Below, in pieces: positions 46,609 to 56,000 of a stretch of DNA of 64,000 nt. The stretch covers positions 26,971-90,970 of the forward strand of contig CACOJW010000002.1 of the NCBI GenBank assembly GCA_902627615.1. The letters run 5' to 3'. The stretch is from an uncultured marine group III euryarchaeote. GTDB taxonomy: Archaea > Thermoplasmatota > Poseidoniia > MGIII > CG-Epi1. The notes under the pieces were generated by a model. It was given only the letters and a program-made list of their open reading frames with translations, made no database searches and was not told the origin of the DNA. The position numbers were made by a program, and so were the translations under genes. Numbering within the stretch: the first letter of the stretch is position 1; every line of letters begins with the position of its first letter.

Positions 46609-46787
46609 GCCGTATGATTACAGTAGAACAATTAATTGAAAGATTAGAAGCTCTGCATGAAGATACAGGTGACCAATCACTTGAAGTAGCAGTGGATTTG
46701 TTTAATAGAATGCGCCGCAATATTTCAGGCAGAAATACTCTTTATGGTCATCTGTCGGATGACAAATGGCGAGATTTAGAATGGTGA
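46605..46787 (+). CDS. Small hypothetical protein between tbp and aIF-5A
   Basis: Fills the gap between the two genes; TTGA overlap with the tbp stop; its end carries the GGTGA SD for aIF-5A. Confidence 0.6.
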   Translation: MSRMITVEQLIERLEALHEDTGDQSLEVAVDLFNRMRRNISGRNTLYGHLSDDKWRDLEW

Positions 46788-46793
46788 GATAGT

Positions 46794-47189
46794 ATGAGCC
46801 AAACATCGATACAAGAAATCAGAACATTGAAAGTCGGCAGGTATATCGTTATTGACGATGAACCTTGCAAATTGGTAGAATATACTACCTCAAAGCCAGG
46901 CAAACATGGTGAAGCTAAGGCACGTATGGTTGCTATTGGTCTTTTTGATAAACAAAAGAGATCACTAGTACATCCAGTCAAGCATAAAGTTCACGTTCCA
47001 CAAGTAGACCGCCGTAAAGCGCAAATTTTAGCCAATATGGGTGCTGAAGTTCAAATGATGGATCTTGAAACATTTGAAACGTTCAACATACCTTTGACAG
47101 ATGTACCTGAGAAATTCCATGGAGATATGGAACCAGGTAATGAGATAGTTTTTCTCGCAGCTATGGGGCGTAAACTGGTAACAGACTAA
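46794..47189 (+). CDS. eif5a: Translation factor aIF-5A
   Basis: [10 protein letters not shown] hypusine-site motif; [11 protein letters not shown]. Confidence 0.96.
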   Translation: MSQTSIQEIRTLKVGRYIVIDDEPCKLVEYTTSKPGKHGEAKARMVAIGLFDKQKRSLVHPVKHKVHVPQVDRRKAQILANMGAEVQMMDLETFETFNIPLTDVPEKFHGDMEPGNEIVFLAAMGRKLVTD

Positions 47190-47190
47190 A

Positions 47191-48051
47191 GTGACAGAAT
47201 TCTTTGCGGACGCAGAAAGTTCATTTGATGAAGCAAAGTTCGTATTTTACGGCTACCCTTACGACGGTACTGCGTGTTTCAGAAAAGGTACTTCAGAAGC
47301 TCCGGATGAAATCCGTAGGCATAGCTATAATTTTGAAACATACTTAATGGAATTGGGTATTGACTTATGCGATGTTTCTGCTAATGATTGGGGCAATTTA
47401 GAAATTACTAAAGATCAAGAGAAGAATGAAGCTCGATTAGAGGAATTAGTAACAAAAATAGTTTCTTCAAATAAATTTCCAGTGGGTATTGGCGGAGAGC
47501 ATTCATTGACTCCTGCCGCAGTGCGTGCGGTCCAATCAAAATATCCAAATTTAGCAGTTGTAATTTTAGATGCACATCTTGATTTTAGACAAGAATATGA
47601 AGGTAATGAAAAATCGCATGCAACAGTAACAAGGCGCCTTACAGATATTGTAGGTTTAGATAAAGTCCGTCCAGTCGGAATTCGTTCAGTTTCTCAATCT
47701 GAAATATCAGAAGCTAGGACAATAGGTTTGAAGTTTATAGAATCTGGTTGGACTGAATTAAGAGAATATTTAACAGATATTATTGATGAATTAGATAGTC
47801 CCGTTTATCTTAGTTTAGATATGGATGCCATAGATCCTGCATTTGCACCAGGAGTAGGTACTCCAGAACCATTTGGGATGACTCCATACGAAGTATTACA
47901 GACAATTAATTTCTTTTCAGATAGAATTGTTGCTTTTGACTGTGTAGAAGTTAGTCCGCCATATGATAATGGAAATACTTCAGCTCTTGCAGCTAGAATT
48001 ATCCGTCACTTAGTTGGTGCCATTTGGCAATCTCAAGAACGTTTCAAGTAA
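47191..48051 (+). CDS. speB: Agmatinase (ureohydrolase family)
   Basis: GGEHSLT, LDAHLD, SLDMDAIDPAFAPGVGTPEP, VEVSP. Confidence 0.93.
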   Translation: MTEFFADAESSFDEAKFVFYGYPYDGTACFRKGTSEAPDEIRRHSYNFETYLMELGIDLCDVSANDWGNLEITKDQEKNEARLEELVTKIVSSNKFPVGIGGEHSLTPAAVRAVQSKYPNLAVVILDAHLDFRQEYEGNEKSHATVTRRLTDIVGLDKVRPVGIRSVSQSEISEARTIGLKFIESGWTELREYLTDIIDELDSPVYLSLDMDAIDPAFAPGVGTPEPFGMTPYEVLQTINFFSDRIVAFDCVEVSPPYDNGNTSALAARIIRHLVGAIWQSQERFK

Positions 48052-48663
48052 TCAATATTCTACAGGTATAGGATCTAAACTTCTCCACATGTACCAAGTT
48101 GCTACAGTACACCATGGCGACCATTTTGTTCTGAATTTTTCGAGTTCCTTTTTGTCAATTCGTTCAGAATTATAGTAGTGTTTCTCGATTCCTCTAATTA
48201 ATCCTATATCTGCCAAAGGCAATACATCTGGCCTTCCTAAGTTAAAAATCAGAAACATTTCAGCAGTCCAAACTCCAACGCCTTTTATCTTACATAGCCT
48301 ATCTATAGCCTCAGCATCAGATAATTCTCCCCAATTTGTAGTCAATACATCTGAGGAGGCTATGTTTTTTAGATAGGTTATTTTTTGTTTAGAAAGCCCA
48401 GCACTTCTCATTTCTTCATTTGATAAATTAATAATCTCTTCCTTGTTTATATTTCCATTACAGAGATCTTCGACTTTGGTCCAAACGCTATCTGCAGCTT
48501 TTACAGAAATCTGTTGCCCAACAATAGAACGGCACAGCGTTTCGAATGGCTTTCCCCTTAATGCCATTTTTTCACCACTATATTGAGATATTATTTCTTC
48601 AATCGTAGAATCTCTTCTACTGAGTTCCTCAACAGCCAATTGCCATTGTTCAACTACATTCAT
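48052..48663 (-). CDS. alkA: DNA-3-methyladenine glycosylase II (HhH-GPD)
   Basis: SIVGQQIS, GLSKQK, IKGVGVWTAEM, RPDVLPLAD, WSPW. Confidence 0.9.
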   Translation of the reverse strand: MNVVEQWQLAVEELSRRDSTIEEIISQYSGEKMALRGKPFETLCRSIVGQQISVKAADSVWTKVEDLCNGNINKEEIINLSNEEMRSAGLSKQKITYLKNIASSDVLTTNWGELSDAEAIDRLCKIKGVGVWTAEMFLIFNLGRPDVLPLADIGLIRGIEKHYYNSERIDKKELEKFRTKWSPWCTVATWYMWRSLDPIPVEY

Positions 48664-48716
48664 ATACTATACCTAACCGCGCGCCTAAAATAGTGCTACG
48701 TTCGTGGAAATAAAGT

Positions 48717-48803
48717 GCGGGGGTCGCATAGTCTGGCCAATTGCGTCGGACTCAAAATCCGATCCTTAGTGGTACGTGGGTTCGAATCCCTCCCCCCGCA
48801 CCA
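48717..48803 (+). tRNA. tRNA-Leu(CAA)
   Basis: GCGGGGG/CCCCCGC acceptor, anticodon arm TCGGA-CTCAAAA-TCCGA, variable arm, TTCGAAT loop, A73, CCA, T-run downstream. Confidence 0.95.
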
Positions 48804-48816
48804 TTTTTGAATTAAT

Positions 48817-49374
48817 TTAAATCTCAGAGTAAATAGTTTCCAATTTAGGCCTTTTAATTTTAGGAGGAACTTTCCCTATTCCAATGAATATGAATCCAAT
48901 TATTTTTTCCTTTTTAGTATCAATTTTAGTGATTTCATAGGTTTTTTTATCTTCGGTAATTTTCCCTGTGGACCATTTAGTTCCAATATCTTTGCTAGCT
49001 AATGACAACATGATATTTTGTATAGCGCAAGAGCAAGCTGCATAATTTTCTAAATCTGTCTTAGTATCTTTATCTTTAATTTGACTGGCCACTACTAAAT
49101 GCGATGGGTTCATAATTTTACGCCTTAGCTTTTGTTTTATGTTTTTTCTTAAGATTTTATTTTCAGATTTTATTTCTAAATATCTTTTAGCTATTTTTAG
49201 CCTGTTTTCTTGTCCAATATTTTTGAATCTCCATGGGAAAGTGAGGCGGTGGCAAGGTGCAAGATTCCCTGCTTTTATGGCTTCTATTACTAGTTTGTTT
49301 GGAATTTTTTTATCTTCAAACTCATTAATGGTCCTTCTTAATTCAAAAATTTGGTTGAAATCCATACTTTTCAC
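48817..49374 (-). CDS. Nitroreductase (YdjA-like)
   Basis: RRTI..F, APCHRLTFPWRF, AIQNIMLSL, GTKWSTG, GFIFIG. Confidence 0.88.
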   Translation of the reverse strand: MKSMDFNQIFELRRTINEFEDKKIPNKLVIEAIKAGNLAPCHRLTFPWRFKNIGQENRLKIAKRYLEIKSENKILRKNIKQKLRRKIMNPSHLVVASQIKDKDTKTDLENYAACSCAIQNIMLSLASKDIGTKWSTGKITEDKKTYEITKIDTKKEKIIGFIFIGIGKVPPKIKRPKLETIYSEI

Positions 49375-49386
49375 TGATTATAGGTT

Positions 49387-49944
49387 TTAAAAAGTTTTAG
49401 CAGTATTCTCGATTAAATTTATCCAGATTTTATGAAATCTTGTGTCGTTAGTTAGTTCAGGATGAAAAGTTAGAGCCATATTTTTTCCACTGGTGCAACC
49501 CACAATTTCTTTATTTTTCCAAGCGATTGGCTTAACACCATTCCCTAGTTTCTTAATCGCGGGCGCGCGTATGAAAACTCCATCGAAAGATTCATTATTT
49601 TCTAAGGTTATTTTGGTTTCAAAAGAGTCTCTTTGTCTTCCGTAATAGTTCCGGTCAATTTCAATGTCTATTTTTGCAAACGTTTCATCTTTGCATTTAC
49701 CCAAGAGTATCGCTCCGGCACAAGTCCCCATTATCGGTAATTCTGAGTTTTTTATTAAATCCCACATTTCTGAATTCTTTAGTAATTTTCTCAATGTAGT
49801 AGATTCTCCTCCGGGCATGATTAAGCCGTCTAAACGATTTATGTCTTTATTCTCTCTGACTTCAATTATATTGATGTCTAATTGGCGCATAATTATTTTA
49901 TGTTCAGATACTGCGCCTTGCAAAGCTAGGACTCCGATATTCAT
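49387..49944 (-). CDS. pdxT: Pyridoxal 5'-phosphate synthase glutaminase subunit
   Basis: GVLALQGAVSEH, PGGESTT, GTCAG, GRQRDSFE, FIRAP, FHPELT. Confidence 0.96.
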   Translation of the reverse strand: MNIGVLALQGAVSEHKIIMRQLDINIIEVRENKDINRLDGLIMPGGESTTLRKLLKNSEMWDLIKNSELPIMGTCAGAILLGKCKDETFAKIDIEIDRNYYGRQRDSFETKITLENNESFDGVFIRAPAIKKLGNGVKPIAWKNKEIVGCTSGKNMALTFHPELTNDTRFHKIWINLIENTAKTF

Positions 49945-49970
49945 TTGTCTCTACATTCTAAACGCTAACC

Positions 49971-50048
49971 TTTATATTAGAATGGCGTCATGGTAGGTAC
50001 CCTTCAATGGGCTAACGCCCGTTGATACAAGGACTCAACCAAGGTGTA
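49971..50048 (+). promoter_or_regulatory. Promoter and structured 5' UTR of the giant surface protein gene
   Basis: TTTATATT at 49971; hairpin TCAATGGGC-TAAC-GCCCGTTGA at 50004-50025; AAGGTG SD before the ATG. Confidence 0.55.
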
Positions 50049-50053
50049 TACAT

Positions 50054-53000
50054 ATGCAAAAAACTCATAATGTAAGCAAGAGAAATTGGGCTGCAAAGCT
50101 GATGGCGATTGTAGTCGTCGTGTCTATGGTAGCAAGCACGTTAGTGCTATTCGCTCCAGAGGCATCGGCAAGAACCGGAAGTGATTCTTACGGTTATACT
50201 TTTAAGGATAATGCTGAGGCAGATGGTCCAGTATACGATGATGAATGGATAGAATTAGTGGGCAATGATGCGGCTGAGCTATTAATTTCATCTAGTACTG
50301 ATGCAGGTCAATCCGCAGTTGATATTGGTTTTACCTTTGAATTCTACGAAAATGAATATACGACGTGGGGTAACGGAGGAGACAATGGATATATCAATTT
50401 AGGATCTGCAGGTTATTCCTCTCGCTGGACTCCATATTCAATCCCATATAGTGGATTGGGTACTGCAGTCATTGGCGGATGGTTTGACGGCGGTTTCTGT
50501 CGAGCAAGTAATCCAACAGCAGGAGTTTACTACGCTACTATAGGTACTGAACCAAACAGAAAATTAGTTGTTCAATACCAAGATCAGGGAGCATGGTATC
50601 CTTCAGTTTATCAATGTCCAGGTGCTGCAGCAGCTAATGCTTTGACCTGGCAGATAGTATTGCACGAAAATACAAATTTAATTACTATGAATTACAAGGA
50701 TACTAATGGCGGATATAGTTCAGATAATGAATATATGACAGCAGGTATCCAAGGTGTTCCAGGTGGAACTTTAACCGGTTTACAATATGCATACCGTAAT
50801 AGTCCAACTTGGTCTGATGAAACATCAGTAAGATATGCACCACCACCTCCAGCAAGAAATGATTTGAGATTGAAATCAACAGCAGTTCCTGATCCAATGT
50901 CTTTGGCAGAGGAAAACATTCTTGGAGCTACAGTATCTAATTACGGTGTAAACTGTGACACAGCAGGTGAATGTACTCCAGTAAATGAGGACAATGTAGC
51001 TGTAAAAGCCAGTATTTTCTCAGTTAAAGAGAGCGTTTCCACTTTCGCATTTGACGGTGAAGACTCAGATTCGTTCACACCAATGAGTATTCAAGGTCAA
51101 AACAAGTGGACTGCAGCTTTGAATGATGGTAAAGGAGACCACAACTACGGTGATGAAGGAAGTGACGATGGTTCATGGTCTTCAGGCCGTAAATCACAGA
51201 CTCTTGGCGGTATGTTTACAGATCAACAAAAAATCCATTACGATGGAACTAATATTTTGATTGCAGATAAAGGCTCAGACAGTGTTTTGAAATTGGATAT
51301 TGCCACAAATGCAGTAACAACAGTTATTGCTGCAAGTAGCACTTATCTTAATGATGTAATTGATGTTACAGATGATGGAACTTACTACTACACTTTGGCT
51401 AGAACTTCAGGAACTTACTCATCTACAACTAAAGTTTGTAAGTGGTTAATTTCTGATACAACCCAAGCACCAACATGTAGCGGTTCGACTGCAGTAAGGT
51501 ACGGAACTTCTTTGACCCATTACGGCGGTGAACTCTTTGCACTACAAACTTCATCAAGTTCGACATATCGTAAAGTCATAATTTTAGATGCAAGTGATAT
51601 GTCAACAGAAGGCAGTCTTTCCTATGCAAGTGGAGTTTCATCTTATTATTATGCAATGGGAATCGATGCCGATGATACTAATGGTGATTTGTATATTGCT
51701 TACCGTGATTACTACGGACGCACTAGAGAATATACTAGAGATTCAGATGGAGATTATTCAGCATCTGATTATAGGCAATTCTACACATACGCAAGATATC
51801 ACCACGCATTGGATGTTCAAGATGACTACGTCTACACTAGTGGATTCTACTACTCATCATGGTATGGCGGTATGAAGAAATGTTCAACAAGTTCATCTAG
51901 TTGTTCAACACTTTGGAATTCATACACTGGAGCGAACGGATACAAAGGTTCAGTTGCAACAACTGATACTGGAGATATTTACGTATCTAGTAATTACGCA
52001 TTCAGTTACTACAGTTTCTCTAATTGGGACGATAAAATCTGGATTCACGAAAATGATGGTGGCTACTCAGGTACACCAGATACAACCTTGGGACCAAATC
52101 CAGCTAGTTTGGCAGCATTGTCAACTCCGGCATTTGACACATCAGATGCTATTGGAATGACAATGACTTTCAAGTATTCATACCAATTTTACTACAGATG
52201 GGAAGGTGCTTACCTTGAGTCATCTGTTGACGGCGGAAGCACTTGGGACTATGTTTCAGGTGATAAATTCTCAGCCGGCGGATACTATGGAACTACATTC
52301 GGAGTATACGGAAATCCAATATCTACCTCACTAGATACTTGGACTTACTATAACACGAACGATAGATACAGTTACAATACAAATTCAGCCCCATGGGCCA
52401 CAGCTTCATTAGATCTTGGAGATTACACTGGTTACAGTGATGTGAGATTCCGATGGGTTGTAGGTTTCAATCAGTATGATAATACATACTACTATGATTC
52501 CTACTTCAGGATTGATGATGTAGAAATAACTACTAAAGAAGCAGATACTACTTATGCAGAAGAAACTCAAACTATAGCTTCTCTCGGGTTTAAAGAGGAA
52601 GCAAGTGTAGAATTCTTTACAGTGGATACTTTCCAGCCTTCGTTGGAAGGACTATCTGTTGGAGATAAGCTGGCAGTATTGATTAGTGTTACTGGCGAGA
52701 ACGGTGATGAGGATCTCAGTAACAACCGAGATATCCAATTCAGAGAAGTCAAATACGTTATATTTGCAGATGATTTCGAAGATGGTGATGCTAGCAATTG
52801 GGAAACTGGTAAGGTTAGATACGGATCAGGAGATACCTGGGAAGTTCGTGATAGAGATTCTAATGCAGGCTCTTACTCCATGGACAGTGACTTTAGGAGA
52901 TCAAATTCTGTTCCGGCAGATAACTATGTATCAACTCCAAGTTTAGACTTGACTTTGCCTGTAGAAGCCGAGCTTCAGATGGCAATATCTTTCTACGGAT

Positions 53001-56000
53001 ACTACACGTATGATGGATATCAAGTGCAGGCTTCAGGAGATGGTGGAGATACCTGGGCAGCGATACAACCTAAAGCCAGTGATCCAAGACAGTATGGTAC
53101 AATCTATAATACAGCGTACTATTCCAATCCACTACGTGGACTCAAGGGATACACATCTTATGGAACAACAACTGGATTTACCTATTCGCCTGATCCTCAG
53201 GGATGGGTAAAAGCTACCTTTGATTTGACAGAGTTCTGTGGAAAGAATGATGTTAAGGTTAGAGTAGTTACAGGTTGGTCAACATTATCGACAGGTCCAA
53301 GTTACTTCGAATCATTCTTTAGGTTTGATGACGTAGCAGTTACTGGATTGGTCTTTAATGATAATATAGGTCTAGGAGGATTTGAACTGCCGGACCCATT
53401 GGGCGTAGATGCAACAGTGCCTGTAGAAGCAACTGTCATTAACGCAGGTATCAACGCACAAGCTGCAAATGAGGCAACTGTAAGACTACAATTAGGACCT
53501 ATGGGATTGGAAACATATGATTCCTCAGAAGATATGGAAGACTATGCAGATGAAGCTGCAGCAGTAGTTGCAGGCTGGGCAACCAGTGATGACTGTAACA
53601 CAACCTACAGCACATGTAGCAACTGGGGATACTATGGAGGAGATCCAGGTTTTGTCATGAACACTGATGAAGGAGATGGTGACGAAACCAACTCTTGGGG
53701 TTCAGATGGCGATGAGTTCCAAATGTATTACGGCGGAGGAAGTGTTAGTGCAACAACACCAACAATTGATTTCTCTGGTGCAGCTAGTGATTTAACATTC
53801 ACAATGGTCCACAGATACAACTTTGATTACTATGCAGGATATACAGCTTATAATGGTGCTCAAGTTCACATATCAACAGATGGTGGAGACAATTGGGAAT
53901 TACTCACACCTAGCGGTGGATACCCAGGAACAATGTACAACTATGCACCATACGGTAATCCATTGTCTGGACAAGCTGGTTTCGTAAACTGTGGTTCTTG
54001 TCCAGGATCTGGAGCAGCCAGTGACGATGCAGACGAGTATATCTCTACTGAATTCGCTATGGCTGATTACGTAGATATGACAGATGTAAAGCTCAAGTTT
54101 GTTGTTGGAATGTACAGATATCAATGGCCAGGTGATGGAGAACACTGGCATATTGATTCATTGTCATTCACAGGAACAGGAATGGAGTCAGTTGCATTTG
54201 AAAAGCAATGGGATATCACAGGTGCTGGTGCTGGTGGAGAGTTCCAGAGTGGTGAAGCTCAAACAGTTGGTGTAGATTATCATTTCCAAGTTCCAGGAGA
54301 ATACAAAATTGTATTTGACGCATGGATAGGAGATAATCCATCTGATGGAGATGACTTTGCTGGAGACAACAGCGTTGCTCTTGCAAGGGAAACAATGTTC
54401 ACAGTTGTAGGAACTACAGGAGATGAGAGTGCTATGACTAAGAAGAATGACGAAAACAATGATAGACACTATGATAGTGGTTGGCACGCCTCTGTAGATG
54501 GAGGACCTAAGGATGGATTCCAATGGCAACCTTCAGCTACTACTGGAGCAAGTTCTGCACCGGTATGGTGGAATGGCCTTGACACCTATGGTAGTTCGTA
54601 TAATGGTGATGATACTAGCTTAGTATCTCCAGTTTTCGACCTTTCCAAGGCAACATCTGCTAAACTAGTATTCAACCACAAGTTTGCAATGCATGGATTT
54701 GAATATTCATGGGCTAATTACTACTATGATGGTGGTCGAATTGAAATTAGTACAGACGCAGGAGATTCCTGGTCAGCATTGAATCCAACCTCCGGTTTGG
54801 GCTATGGTGGAACTATCTACAACTATGCATACTATGGCAATCCATTGAGAGGTCAATCAGGTTTCGTTATGGGCTCTGATGGCTGGCACGAAACACAATG
54901 TAGATTAGATTCTTACACAGGTCCGGGAATGGATCAACTTCAGATAAGATTCCGATTGGGTGGAACGTTCTTTAACAATCCAACAAATTGGGAAATTGAT
55001 GATGTAGGAGTTTATGGACTTGGTTTCGATCTTGCTATGACCTCTGAAGCAGCACCGTATACCTTAGAAGTAGGTGAATCATTCACGATGTCTACTTCAT
55101 TCAAAAATCAAGGTATGGGTAACCTAGGACCTGGAGGCGCTGTGGAAACTGCTCACGCATATGCATATGTTAATGATATGGGTGGCAACGAGCTTTGGTC
55201 ATCTGAAACATCACTCGGTACGCTAGCAATGGCTTACTACGATGACGCAGGCAATACAGTTGCAGGTGCAGAATCAGCAGTCATTGACTTTGAATTCCCA
55301 GGAATGGATACGGCTGGATTATACACAGCAGGTGTCAAAGTAGCAGATGCCGATGGTAACACATTAGCAGACTTGTTCATGGCTAACAATGATGCAAGCC
55401 ACATGTTGATTGTAGGTAAGAGCGCAGATATGGGTTCACCACTATTGACTGGCGGACCTAATTGGGTAGCAACAGAAGATGAACCTGCAGAAGTCGGTGA
55501 CGGCGCTATGGGCGTTTCATGGGACCAAACTGGCGTAGCTACAGATGCATTAGCAGTGTCCATTGGAGGACAAGCTACTGGTTTTGTTCCTCAGAACCCA
55601 ACAGTTCAACTTGGAACTGAAGTAACATGGACCAATGCAGATAGTATAACACACACAGTAACAGACAAGGATGCACAATTCGATTCTTTCGATATGCTAC
55701 CTGGTGAAAGTTATTCATTAACCTTCACGGAAGTAGGAGTGTTCAACTATTACTGTAAGTTCCATCCAATGATGGAAGGATCTATAACCGTACTATCTTC
55801 GCAGTCGGCAGATGAGCAAGTCAGAACAAGCTACGTTGAAGTTTGGTCTGCTACAGCTTATCTAGTATTCTGGGCAAATTTCGATATGTCTGACGACAGT
55901 GAAATTAGTATTTATGCACAGAAGAAAGGCGCATCTTTAGATGATGCAGACACTCTAGGACTATGGGGAGCTAATGGATTCACCATAATGGACGGATCAA

